Shown: in pieces, positions 1 through 15,158 of the stretch
How the letters are laid out: each line of letters starts with the position of its first letter
Numbering within the stretch: the stretch's first letter is position 1
NCBI GenBank assembly: GCA_964016885.1
Contig: OZ024755.1
Span: forward strand, 30,876,001-30,940,000
DNA: 64,000 nt
Source of the DNA: Eledone cirrhosa
Taxonomy: Eukaryota
Direction of reading: 5' to 3'
Made by a program: the position numbers and the translations under genes
Notes under the pieces: generated by a model
Told to the model about the DNA's origin: nothing
Seen by the model: the letters and a program-made list of their open reading frames with translations, nothing else
The model's database searches: none

Positions 1-229
1 TTGTAGTGCACAAACATATCGAGTTATTGAAAAACGGGTGATGACATCGAAATATTTACAAAAGTGGAGATTGCTAGATGCACACATGTGTCAAGTGATA
101 GCATTAAACTAGAACAAAGAATAAGACTATCCCATAAGAAAAGGTACACTTTGACGGAGTGTCTTTACCCAGTTTAACCAGTTTTACTCTTAAATCTTGA
201 GTGACCCGAGACTATTGTAGAAGGCGCCC

Positions 230-230
230 G

Positions 231-286
<56 letters not shown>

Positions 287-980
287 AGTGTGTGTGTGTG
301 TGGTTGTGTGGTTGTGTGTCTGTGTTTATGTCTGTGTGTATGTGTGTGTGTATGTATGAGTGTGTGTCTATGGTCTGAGTCCGTGCCTTTGTCTATGTGT
401 GTGTGTGTGTGTGTCTATGGTCTGAGTCCGTGCCTTTTGTCTATGAGTGTGTGTGTGTGTGTGTGTTTGTCTATGGTATGAGTGTGTGTCTGTGTCTGTC
501 TGAATGTGTTACTATGGCCGTGTATGTGTCTGTGTGTATATGTCTGAATGTGTTACTATGGCCGTGTATGTGTCTGTGTGTATATGTCTGCGTGTGCGTG
601 TGAGAAAGAGATAGATAGATAGACGGATGGATAGTTTGCTAGTTAAATAACAAAAGATATATATATATATAGAGAGAGAGAGAGAGGGAGAGAGAGAGAT
701 TGGAGCGAGAGTTAGACAGATATATATGTTTATGCGTATGTGTGTGTATATATAAATATATATAGGGAGAGAGTGAGGCGATAGACAGACAGATTTATAT
801 ATATACACATATATGTGTGAGTATATATATATATAAAGAGAGAGAGTGGAGCGAGAGACAGACAAACAGATATATATATATATAAACACATATATGTGTG
901 AGTATATATATATATAAAGAGAGAGAGTGGAGCGAGAGACAGACAAACAGATATATATATATAAACACATATATGTGTAA

Positions 981-1048
<68 letters not shown>
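230..1048. repeat. Compound (TA)n/(TG)n/(GA)n microsatellite with local tandem duplications
   Basis: Duplicated blocks gtctatggtctgagtccgtgcctttgt and gagagagagtggagcgagagacagacaaacaga. Confidence 0.9.
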
Positions 1049-1049
<1 letters not shown>

Positions 1050-1051
<2 letters not shown>

Positions 1052-1652
1052 GTCACCAGTTGGTGCTACTGGTAACATGTATCCCAGTACAACCTGTCTC
1101 ATGGTCGGGTCGTTGGCGACTAAACTGGCAACCCCACCAAGGCTTCTTTTTGAGGAGGGTGACTTTGGACATCCTGCAGGACTAAAAACAAAACCTGTCA
1201 AAGGGCAAAGAAGCTCTTAAGAGTTAATGGCCATCCAAAATCACCGAGAGAGGTGATCCCTTAGCCTTTGTCAAGGCAGAATTCTAGGAGAGGGAAAACT
1301 CTGATATAACACCTGCAACCCTGATGGTATCCAATGATGTTGACTTGTTCTTCTTTTTGGTAAATATCATCTTGGTTAAGAGACTGGGACTGGCTTTGTG
1401 CAGTGCCTTTGCTCACTATAAAAGCTTCACGGCACAGGCATTGCTTTATATCTGGAGATCTCTCTGCACTTGTCGTCACATGGTACCATGGGCTCAGCAC
1501 TATGTGTCAGTAATTGTCACAAGTGTAGTGTTTGTACCAGAGTATTCAAGTCGCTGGCTGGACTAAAAAGTCACACTCGTTCAGCGCATCGGTAGGGGTT
1601 CTCCTACATGGATATAAAGTAGTGGCCGTACTCGAAAACGAGTTGGCAGCCA

Positions 1653-1656
<4 letters not shown>
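1050..1656 (+). mobile_element. About 600-bp non-coding interspersed retroposon-like element in a (TA)n tract
   Basis: Rearranged copy at 3609-4126; diverged relatives at about 28495-28762 (+) and 52223-52535 (-); all end in gcagcc(a/t)(c/t)cat next to a microsatellite. Confidence 0.65.
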
Positions 1657-1708
<52 letters not shown>

Positions 1709-2131
1709 AGAGAGAGTGGAGCGAGAGACAAACAAACGGATATATGAAATAAAAAGCAATCTTTAGGTTTTAGAATTCAATATGGATGGGAATTGAAACA
1801 AGATATTGTATGTAAGTTCAAGGTAATGTATTAGTCAGCTTATCAATAAACATTTTAATCACAAACCTTTAGAAAGCCAAACCTGACAAAGGTTATTGAC
1901 GACATTACAGCAAACATAAAGCAACACTGACTTTATCTATCTATCTATCTATCTATATATATTTATATATATATAAGATAACTAGGACGATTGGTTACTC
2001 CTCCATTACATTTATTGGTTGGTGACGCGCGTTTCGCCACTGATCAGCTCTACACATCGACACTGAAGTGAACCGAAACATCGAGTGCTCACCCGGATGA
2101 ACCTACAGTAACTCCAAGTTACATTCCCTGG

Positions 2132-2239
<108 letters not shown>

Positions 2240-2459
2240 GACAATATATAAACAAATATAAACAACTATCTGGTTGTGAAACCAACCAACCAACCAGAAA
2301 TTTATAAATTTATAAATTTATAAATATATAATAAATTGAAGTGAAAGCAACTGGTGCGTGTGTTTCTTATTGGCAACATGACCCTCCCAAAGTATAACAA
2401 TATCGGTTTCAACACACGATTTCAGATAAAGAATCTTGCTAAACAAATTCAGAAACGAA

Positions 2460-2582
<123 letters not shown>

Positions 2583-2728
2583 AGTAAGTAAGACCCCGAC
2601 GGCTGAGCTCAAGCCGTTACGACGGATAAGTCTATTACCCACTCTACTACCCTAAGTATTGAGTACTTTGGTGCGTTATGGTCCACCTGGTTCCTTACCA
2701 CTTTTCCCTCGCTATATATATATATATG

Positions 2729-3321
<593 letters not shown>

Positions 3322-3366
3322 GAAACAAAAACAAAGAGCGCTTACATCATCAATTAATCTTTATTT

Positions 3367-3411
3367 GCTGACAGTGTTTCGTCCTTGCATAATTGCAGGA
3401 CTCATCAGAGC
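3367..3411 (-). ncRNA. Minimal type I hammerhead ribozyme motif
   Basis: GCT-CTGATGA-GTCCTGCA att aTGCAAGGAC-GAAA-CACTG-TC-AGC: intact core, stem I GCT/AGC, strong stem II, GUC cleavage triplet. Confidence 0.75.
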
Positions 3412-3478
3412 GTTATAAAGAGGAATTAGATCAATAGTATAAACTCTACCGACCTATATCACAAGAACGATCCATAAT

Positions 3479-3577
<99 letters not shown>

Positions 3578-3608
3578 ATGTAAATGTGCATGTATGTATG
3601 TATGTATG

Positions 3609-4126
3609 TACAAAGCCAGTCCCACTAGCTTAACCAAGATGATATTTACCAAAAAGAAGAACAAGTCAACATCATTGGATACCATCAGGGTTGCAGGTGT
3701 TATATCAGAGTTTTCCTTCTCCTAGAATTCTGCCTTGACAAAGGCTAAGGGGTCATCTCCCCGGTGATTTTGGATGGCCATTGACTCTTAAGAGCTCCTT
3801 TGCCCTTTGACAGGTTTTGTTTTTAGTCCTGCAGGATGTCCAAAGTCACCCTCCTCACCAAGAAACGTTGGTGCCTTTGCTCACTATAAAAGCTTCACGG
3901 CACAGGCATTGCTTTATATCTGGAGATCTCTCTGCACTTGTCGTCACATGGCACCATGGGCCCAGCACTATGTGACAATAATTGTCACAAGTGTAGTGTT
4001 TGTACCAGAGTTTTCAAGTCGCTGGCTGGACTAAAAAGTCACACTCGTTCAGCGCATCGGTAGGGGTTCTCCTACATGGATATAAAGTAGTGGCCGTACT
4101 CGAAAACGAGTTGGCAGCCACCACCA
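3609..4126. mobile_element. Copy of the 1050-1656 element with its 5' half inverted
   Basis: 3610-3857 is the reverse complement of about 1151-1399; 3872-4126 is a direct match to about 1403-1656. Confidence 0.8.
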
Positions 4127-4407
4127 TGTTTGTATGTATGTACGTATGTATGCATACACAGTGTTATGTTGCTAACACGATAACAAAACTAGATTAACTG
4201 GAAAGTGTTGTGTCAACTTAGAAAGAACTAAGATTCGAAATTAAGAAAATAAAGACTGTCAACGACTTACATCCAGGGAATATTTATATAAACCATTTGA
4301 GCTTTAGCTTGTGTTTGTTTAGACTACCACCGGAATATGTATATATGTTGGTTGAGCGTAGATGTGGATGTATTGTATATACACACACAATTACATACAT
4401 GCATATA

Positions 4408-4500
4408 TACAGGGTCTCAAAATATGTATACACACTTTGATTACCTGTACAGGTAATATTTATTAGAATGCTATTGAAATTACATTTTTGTGTCACTTTG

Positions 4501-4502
<2 letters not shown>
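4408..4502. mobile_element. About 100-bp mariner-type MITE
   Basis: tacagggt...actttgta; related copy at about 32620-32725 sharing actttgattac(c/t)tgtacagg. Confidence 0.45.
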
Positions 4503-4560
<58 letters not shown>

Positions 4561-4575
4561 TATATATATATATAT

Positions 4576-4616
<41 letters not shown>

Positions 4617-4629
4617 TATATATACACAC

Positions 4630-4676
<47 letters not shown>

Positions 4677-4725
4677 TATATATATACATATATATATACA
4701 TGTATATATATACATATATATATTC

Positions 4726-4758
<33 letters not shown>

Positions 4759-4910
4759 CATATATATATTCATATATATATATATACTTATATATATATA
4801 TACATATATATATACATATATATATATATATACATATATATACATATATATACATATACATATATATACACATACATATATATACACATATATATACATA
4901 TATATACACA
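4500..4910. repeat. Compound (TA)n/(TACA)n microsatellite
   Basis: Direct inspection. Confidence 0.95.
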
Positions 4911-5276
4911 TGCAAGAGATGTCAACATGAATGGACCTGTTATTTTTGTCTAAAGACATTTTTTCCAATTCCAGCCTGCCCGTCCCCTCAATCTATCTTA
5001 TTTCTCATTCTTTCTTCTGGTGAAGGACTAGCGTCCGAAACGTTAAGACCCTCTTCCTGCTATATCAAGCGTTAACCTAATATATTCCTTCCATATACTG
5101 TACCGATTGTGTTGTTATTTCTGTTTACCTTTTACATACATATATATAGACATATACATATATATACATAATATATAAGAACAAAAGATGGTTAAAAGAG
5201 TTCCATGTATTTTATATATTGATTTAAAACTGAACTATCCACAAGTGTTTTTTAACCTTCATATCATGTCCTCCTG

Positions 5277-5343
5277 TTTTATCTGATGAAAACACAAATA
5301 TTATTGCATGATGATATTTGTTTTTGAAATGCGCATAATAAAA
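5277..5343 (+). ncRNA. Type I hammerhead ribozyme motif
   Basis: TTTTAT-CTGATGA-(AAACACAAATAT...ATATTTGTTTTT)-GAAA-TGCGCA-TA-ATAAAA: 6-bp stem I, long stem II, self-complementary stem III ATGCGCAT. A core-mutated copy lies at about 46167-46236 (-). Confidence 0.75.
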
Positions 5344-6188
5344 TACATGGAACCCTTTTAACCATCTTTTGTTCTTATATATTATGTATACTCCAGTCCT
5401 ACAAACTGTAGAGTGCTTCTTATCCGATATCTGCATTGCTTTATTGTACTACAATAAAACTCACCTCCTACATATATATACATATATATATAAGGGATAA
5501 CAAAATATCGTTATAGGTAATCCAGTTAGAGGTTGTGAATACTTCTTATTATGGATACGGCGTTGTTTAACTCAACAAGAGGTTTACGTAGATGGCGCGT
5601 TTATAATTGTGTATATAGATAACACGGGTAATCAATATCACTTACATTTTTGCACAAGGCTACAAATTTGTAAGGTGGCAGGAGCACAGTCGATTGAATC
5701 AGCACCGGCCCAAAACTCATACTATCTAATTTTTTACAGACATCTGAAATTATGATTAGGTGACTGTGAAACGAAGCGAAGAGAGAGCAACGTATATATA
5801 TATATATATATGTATATATATCTATATATTAGGGATAACAAAATATCGTTATAGGTAATCCAGTTAGAGGTTGTGAATACTTCGTATTGTAGATAGTTTT
5901 AGCGTACGGCGTTGTTTGACTTAACAAGAGGTTTCAGTAGGTAGCGAGTTTATGAGTTCTCTTGTATTCCTATGTAAGTTTATCTTGGAGTAATAAAATT
6001 GAAAAAGTGAAAAATAACATGGTCAACAGTACGAAAAAGGGAAATTTATTTACAGTTTAATAATTGTTTCTCAGATTAAGTTGTTCAGCAATTTTTAGAC
6101 AACTTAATCAGAGAAACAATTATTAGACTGCAAATAAATTCCCCTTTTTCTTACTGTTGACCATGTTATTCTTCACTTTTTCAATTTT

Positions 6189-6497
<309 letters not shown>

Positions 6498-6568
6498 TTA
6501 CACGGCTCGGAAATGCTTCTTTCTTTGTGCTAATTAATTGTAAATGACTCTTTGAGTGTATACTCTAA

Positions 6569-6675
<107 letters not shown>

Positions 6676-7029
6676 AATAAGGGGAAGAAGAATACTGCAT
6701 GGTTTCACATGGATTACATATTATAAAATTAGTCCCTCATCAGTGATTTTGCCAACCATCATTGGTATTTCATCGCATTAAAAATCAGATACCTCAGGTT
6801 GGTGCGAGCAATAACTAAAATAAGCTATTGGGACAAGTGAAACGCGTAAAGCGAGTGAGACAAGTAAACAACAGAAGGAAAAGCAATATATATATATATA
6901 TGTAAAAGTAAGGTTGCTTGGATGCGTCCATAGGCGGTATGCCGGTTGAGCACTCTATGCTCCTTCGGAGCAGAGTATGATAATATGGAAAACGAAGAAT
7001 CAGTGATGCATCGGAATACAAATTTATTA

Positions 7030-7120
7030 CGTATTACAATTGTTTCTCCAGCGAACACCTCGAGGGGCGATCTGTTTGTGAATCGAACCTGACTCTGGAT
7101 TCGCAAGTTCCTCAGATACG
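7030..7120 (-). ncRNA. Type I hammerhead ribozyme motif with extended stem II
   Basis: CGTAT-CTGAGGA-(about 60 nt including GCGAAT/GTTCGC)-GAAA-CAATTG-TA-ATACG. The homolog at 3018-3107 (+) has covarying stems but a decayed core. Confidence 0.65.
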
Positions 7121-7693
7121 TCTAGTGATTTCGAAGCAAATCCTCTTCCTGTTGGACTCTGCTCTTCGAATTTCTATTATCTGCCATCATCCTGTTTGCG
7201 CTGTACTCCGATTGGTTGATAGTTCGGGACGTCATCTTTGTGTATGACCATTCAAATCTCCCTACTGACCATTTCCATTCAGGCGTGAGCTGTCACTCAC
7301 CCTAATCCCGTCGCCAGAAATTACTGCTAAGTTTATGAGATGTTTCATGACCTCTCCTGCCACTCTCTGACTTGCCCATCTCTCTACACACATACACACA
7401 CGTGTGGTCACACACACATAAACATTCCGAGCCATTAATCGCACACTTATCTGTGCGGACATACACACACACACACACACGTAGAGCCTGCATGTTTGCG
7501 TTCACACGTGTACATACATATATTCACCTCTCATATATAGGTACATTCATACATAGACATACGCACACACACACGTACACATAAGGTACCCACATATATA
7601 CATACACGATCACACACACACATATATATATACCTAACTCGTCCCTTGGACTGAGTGCTCTACCACTACGGATATTACCTTCCAGTGTTCCAC

Positions 7694-7794
<101 letters not shown>

Positions 7795-7953
7795 CGGAGA
7801 AAGCTAATAGCGATACTCCGGCCAATATATTTATATTGTAGTACAATAAAGCAATGCAGATATCGGATAAGAAGCACTCTACAATTTGTAGGACTGGAGT
7901 ATACATAATATATAAGATCAAAATACATGGAACTCTTTTAACCATCTTTTGAT

Positions 7954-7995
<42 letters not shown>

Positions 7996-10072
7996 CAGAA
8001 GGGATATTCAATTTGTTGGTAATTCAGCAAATATAAATGTTTATAACTGATTCAGAGCACTCGACAAGTTTTCTGGAGTATAATATTCAATGATATTAAA
8101 TAAATAAATATACACACACATTTTTACACACATGTGTATATTCATACACACACACATATACACATTGTTTTGCAAGATTTCTTATCTGAAAACGTGTGTT
8201 GAAACAGATATAGTTATACTTTGGAAGAGTCATATTGCCAATAAAAACACACGTACCTTTTGTTTTCACTTCAATTTATTATGAATTTCCGGTTGGCTGG
8301 TTGGTTTGATAACCGGAAGGTTGTTTATACATATTGTCAAAAGAAAAGGAAATGTCATCCCTTGAATCGCAAGAACATTTTGCAGCTTTTGAAGGTGCCA
8401 GATATCGCGGCTATTTGTATGTATGGACCCGTAACTCCAGGGGAAGTCGTTGGTGCGCCGTATTGACATACGTCGTTTCTAGGGCTCATATACTCTCTCC
8501 AGATCTGAATACAGCAGATTTCTTCCAAAGAGGAATAGCGAGAGTGAGAGAATAGTAGTGAGAAAGAGATATATAGGAAAAATCGAACCCAGTACTAGAC
8601 AGCTACTTTTATCGACCACGAATGGATAAAAGACTAAGCTGACCTCGGTGAGATTTGAAATCAGGCAAACCAGATGTCGGCGAAATTTGAATCCTAAACG
8701 AAATTTATTTTAGACAGTATCGGTTGAGCGTCAGACACTATGCTTTGTAGCATAGAGTTATGGCCCTTTGCGTTCTGAGTTCAAATCCCGCCGAGGTTGA
8801 CTTTGCCTTTCATCCTTACGGGGTCGATAAAATAATGTACCAGTAATGCACTCTGGGTAATTGCTGGCCTTGTGCCTAACGTAGAAACAATTATATCGAA
8901 TCTATGAGATTTTGATGTTATTTATTTTGAGAACATCAGTATGATTGGCCGGTTACAGCCAGTTTGAACAGAAAGAGGTGAGAGAATTCTGACCAGATAC
9001 GACCGGTTTAAATGCTGAAAGGTTAAACTACTGTGGCGCTAAATGAAATGAACTAAGTCTCTTGCTGAATGAAATGGTCTAAATTTGTAAAAGATCCAGA
9101 ACTCTCGACCATTCATATGTCATTAGTAATTATTGCATGTGCTGTTAATTTAGATAATTTAGCAATAACAGCTAATAAAAATCCCGCCGAGGTTAAATTT
9201 GCTGCCTTTCATCCTTACGGGGTCGATAAAATAAAGTACCAGTAATGCACTGGGGTAATTGCTGGCCTTGTGCCAAAAGTAGAAACAATTATTTTAAACG
9301 CCTTAAACATCCGGTCTCTCTCGGCATCTTATTTCAGGTATTATGACTAAATAATTGTTTCTACTTTTGGCACAAGGTCAGCAATTGCCCAGTGCATTAC
9401 TGGTACGTTATCGACCCCGAAATGCGACTAAATAATGTGACAAAAACAATGTTTATATACATATTATATTTATTTGCAACGTATACATATAATTAATAGT
9501 ATTATCTACACAATTAATTACTTGAATATATTTGATACATCACCGTCTCCCACTTTGAACCATGTGTGTGTGTGATTGCCTGTGTGTATATGTAGCAACG
9601 CATGCATGTGTATGTACACATGCACACACACATACGTGGCTGAGTGGTTAGAGAATTGGATTCGCAATCGTAAGGTTGTGAGTTCGATTCCTGGACCAGG
9701 TGATGCGTTATGTCCTTGAGCAAGACACTTTATTTCACGTTGCTTCTTCTACCTGGAGTTGCGACCGATAGATAGTATTAGCAATTAGAAAGACCAACGG
9801 AAACATTGTTCCCTCGGTCCGATTTGACGAAAGTCGATCGTTCCTTTATATATATACATATATATATTGGAAAATGTGCGAAATCCTTGGTACAGTTAGG
9901 TATATTTAAAAAAAGGAAAAGAATTTCTTCACTTGTAGTTCTAAACAATTTTATAATATTATGATTTGGTCATAATATTATAAAATTAAATCAATTTGTT
10001 TAAAACTACAAGTGAAGTCATTCTTTTCCTTTATATATATATATACCTACTGGAATATTTATATCATTTATT

Positions 10073-10115
<43 letters not shown>

Positions 10116-10214
10116 GAAAATATGACCCCGACGGCAGAGCTCAAGCCGTTTCGACGAGTATTGAGTACTCTGGTGCGTTATGGTCCATCTAGTTCCTTAC
10201 CACAACTCCTCCGT

Positions 10215-10284
<70 letters not shown>

Positions 10285-10367
10285 AAAGTTCTATTTAAAA
10301 TTGTTGGGATACAACAAGTAAATACTTTTATAACTGTTATAAAGCACTCGACAAGTATTTGGAGTAG

Positions 10368-10668
10368 ATATACGATATTAATAAATGGAAACTATATTTA
10401 TAAAACCATATTTATTTCATTATACATATTTCAGGGATACCAAATTAAATTATGGTATGCCTTCATCAGACAAAATACAATATATAACAGTTTTACAAAG
10501 TAAAACTGTTATATATTGTATATCAAAAAAATATTGTTTTACAAAGTAAAACTGTTATATATTGTATTTTGTCTGATGAAGGCATACCATAATTTAATTT
10601 GGTATCCCTGAAATATGTATAACGAAATAAATATGGTTTTATAAATATAGTTTCCATTTATTAATATC

Positions 10669-10673
<5 letters not shown>
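10368..10673. repeat. About 300-bp fold-back element
   Basis: Near-perfect arms; the centre carries a duplicated ttttacaaagtaaaactgttatatattgta. Confidence 0.85.
10570..10625 (+). ncRNA. Hammerhead-like motif (mirror copy at about 10418-10472 on the - strand)
   Basis: CTGATGA-AGGCATACCA...TGGTATCCCT-GAAA-TATGTA; stem I weak. The same family occurs at 46372-46425. Confidence 0.55.
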
Positions 10674-10708
<35 letters not shown>

Positions 10709-10941
10709 GAGTATGTATGTATACAACGGTAGAGTTACACACGTGTGATATACTGATTTATTCTTGGATTTAAAAGAAATAGACACGGAGATTGTTTAAG
10801 ATTTAAAGGGAAACAACCCCACCAACCTCAGCTAATCCAATGCTGTAGACAATGCAGTTAGATGCAGATCTTGTCATTAAGAAGTAACAGGTCAGAGAAA
10901 TCATCACGATTCGCTCTCCTTAAAACGCTCTCCTTAAAACT

Positions 10942-11318
10942 TGTATGTATAGTATATTTGGCAATATATTGTATGTTTGATTTAAAATATTTTGAAGACC
11001 ATTCGCTATGAGTTTTAAAGAAGTGACTATGTCACTTACTTATTCTCAGCAAATAACAACAGAGAGTGATCACTCTTTGTTGTTTTACTGGAATTCTATA
11101 AGAATCCTCCAGCTTCTATAATTCTCGGCAAAGGCAGCGGAGTGTGTGGTCATCATAAACGCCTCACAAGCGAGGAACAGACTGTCTGTCGATCACTCTC
11201 AGTTGTTATTTGCCGCGAATAAGTAAGTGACATAGTCACTACTTTAAAACTCATAGCGAATGGTCTTCTAAAAGTTTTTAATTAAACATACGGTATATTG
11301 CCAACTATACTATACATA
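10942..11318. repeat. Diverged fold-back element with arms of about 135 bp
   Basis: gaagaccattcgctatgagttttaaag... / ...ctttaaaactcatagcgaatggtcttc; the spacer resembles 51960-52015. Confidence 0.8.
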
Positions 11319-11464
11319 AATTCATGTATACATCGCTATTTCAGAGCACCAATACTAATACCATATTTCAACTTATTTGTTTTGAATTACAAGTGATCAA
11401 GTATTTAAAGAAGGTATACGGAAGATAGTGGCGCTGGTACAGTAGTAGTAGATAAGCAAACTAT

Positions 11465-11466
11465 GA

Positions 11467-11521
<55 letters not shown>

Positions 11522-12684
11522 TATATATATATAATATATATAATATACATATATATAATATATATATATATATATATAATATATATATATAATATACATA
11601 TAATATATATATATTATATATATAATATATAAATAATATATATATAATATATTATATATATAATATATATATATAATATATTATATATATAATATATATA
11701 TATATAATGTACATATATATAATATATATATATAATATACATATATATAATATATATATATAATGTGTATATATATATAATATATATATGATGTGTATAT
11801 ATATATATAATGTGTGTATATATATATGTATAATGTGTGTATATATATATATATATAATATATGTATAATGTATATATAATGTATGTATAATGTATATAT
11901 ATATAATGTATATATAATGTATATATAATGTATATATATATATATATATATATAAAGAGGAACGACGAAGTTTCGTTTACATTTTGTTTTTTAGTGTGTA
12001 TCGACCTATTACGCGCGTTTCGCAGAGGATTGGTTCCATTATCGATCTGTTCTTCAAATTGGTGATTCAACAAAAAATATTTATATACATACATATATAT
12101 TTATATATACATATATATATATAATAAAGGTTGACGGACCTTATTAATGCCAGTACCGGTTGTATCTCAGCGCACTCAATGTATATATATATATACATAT
12201 GTATATATATATACATATTTATTTATATATACATATATATATACATATCTATTTATATATACATATATATATACATATCTATTTATATATACATATATAT
12301 ATACATATTTATTTATATATATACATATATGTACATATATATACATATATATACATATATATATATATACACACATATATATACATATTTATTTATATAT
12401 ACATATATATATACATATTTATTTATATATACATATATATATACATATTTATTTATATATACATATATATACATATTTATTTATATAGACATATATATAT
12501 ACATATTTATTTATATAGACATATATATATACATATTTATTTATATAGACATATATATATACATATTTATTTATATAGACATATATATATACATATTTAT
12601 TTATATAGACATATATATATACATATTTATTTATATACATATATATACACATATTTATTTATATACATATACATATAAATATAC

Positions 12685-12739
<55 letters not shown>

Positions 12740-12810
12740 CATATAAATATACATTTATTTATATATATATATATATATATACATATTTATTTATATACAT
12801 ATAAATATAC

Positions 12811-12852
<42 letters not shown>

Positions 12853-13139
12853 TTATTTATATATATATATACATATTTATTTATATACATATACATATAA
12901 ATATACATATTTATTTATATACAGATACATATAAATATTCATATTTATTTATATACATATACATATAAATATACATATTTATTTATATACATATACATAT
13001 AAATATACATATTTATTTATATACATATACATATAAATATACATATTTATTTATATACATATATATATACACATATACATATACATATAAATATGCATAT
13101 TTATTTATATACATATACATATAAATATACATATTTATT

Positions 13140-13186
<47 letters not shown>

Positions 13187-14265
13187 TTATTTATATATAC
13201 ATATACATATATACATATTTATTTATATACATATAAATATGCATATTTATTTATATACATATACATATACATATTTATTTATATACATATATATACACAT
13301 ATTTATTTATATATACATATATACATATTTATTTATATACATATACATATAAATATGCATATTTATTTATATACATATATATATACACATATTTATTTAT
13401 ATATACATATACATATATACATATTTATTTATATATACATATACATATTTATTTATATACATATACATATAAATATGCATATTTATTCATATACAAATAC
13501 ATATAAATATACATATTTATTTATATACATGTATATATATACACATATTTATTTATATACATATATATATATATACACATATTTATTTATATATACATAT
13601 ATACATATATATACACATATTTATTTATATATACATATATACATATTTATTTATATACATATATATATATACATATTTATTTATATACATATACATATAC
13701 ATATACATATTTATTTACATACATATACATATTTATTTGTATACATATACATATATATATACATATTTATTTATATACATATATATTTATATATATATAT
13801 ATATATATTGAAAGAGTGAAGAATAACATAGTCAACAGTACAAAAAGGGTTTATTTACAGTATTAACAATTGTTTCAAACTCGCCACCTAAGGAAACCTA
13901 TTGTTGAGTCAAACAACGCTGTACGCTAAAACTATTTTCCTTTCTCACTCTGAGCACCTATCGACTGACAGGAAGGTATACGGTGCTGATGACAGATAAT
14001 AAGCTAGAAACTAGTTCATCGTTCCTTTGTCAGTGTTGAACAAAAGGACAACGATGCTTGCCGAACACTGTATGGCTTAATTCGGGCTGTTTGTTTACAA
14101 ACAAACCGAACATTATAATAAATGTTCGGTAAACCCATACGTACATATATATGTTTGCATGTATGTATGTACATATACATACTACTGTACGTCTAGATAC
14201 ATATATGTATGTACGTATACATATATACATACATACGTATATACATACATACATACGTATATACA

Positions 14266-14299
<34 letters not shown>

Positions 14300-14317
14300 C
14301 ATACATATATATACATA

Positions 14318-14355
<38 letters not shown>

Positions 14356-14359
14356 CATA

Positions 14360-14405
<46 letters not shown>

Positions 14406-14568
14406 CATACATATATATATACATATATATATACATACATATATATATACATACATATATATATACATACATACATATATATACATACATACATATATAT
14501 ACATATATATATACATACATATATATACATATATATACATATATATATATATACATATATATATATAC

Positions 14569-14649
<81 letters not shown>

Positions 14650-15000
14650 CATATACATACATATATACATACATATACATATATACATACATATATACAT
14701 ACATATATACATATATACTTATATATATACATATACATATATACATATACATATATATACATATATATATACACATATATATACACATATATACATATAT
14801 ATACACACATATATATACACATATATACATATATATACACATATATATACACATATATACATATACACATATATACATATATATACACATATATACATAT
14901 ATACACGCACATATTCAGGTATGTTCTGTGTGTGTGTGTGTGTATATACATACATACATACATACATACATACATACATACATACATACATACATACTCT
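11465..15000. repeat. Compound TA/CA microsatellite field, interrupted by short elements at about 11955-12175 and 13810-14140
   Basis: (TA)n, (TACA)n and derived ~30-bp units acatatttatttatatagacatatatatat; source of the long IY/HT/VC ORFs. Confidence 0.95.
13982..14020 (+). ncRNA. Minimal hammerhead ribozyme motif
   Basis: GGTG-CTGATGA-CAGataataagCTA-GAAA-CTAG-TT-CATC; palindromic stem III ACTAGT; stem II weak. Confidence 0.55.
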
Positions 15001-15158
15001 GTTAAGATGGATTCATCAGATTCCAGTCACCATATCATGTATATCATGAATCATACACTGGTCACTTTACTCACATTTCTACATTATTCTATGTACTATA
15101 CATACACCTTTGACGAGTTGAGGTGCACCTGAGCACTGTACACAATAATTTCATTATT

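Noticed and set aside
6690-6745. Additional hammerhead candidates (also about 45815-45870, 54160-54195, 56910-56960, 58065-58095)
   Set aside because: Core or stems are too degenerate to call individually.
11405-15132. Long IY/HT/VC-rich ORFs, here and throughout the window
   Set aside because: Translations of TA/CA/TG microsatellites, open in multiple frames on both strands.
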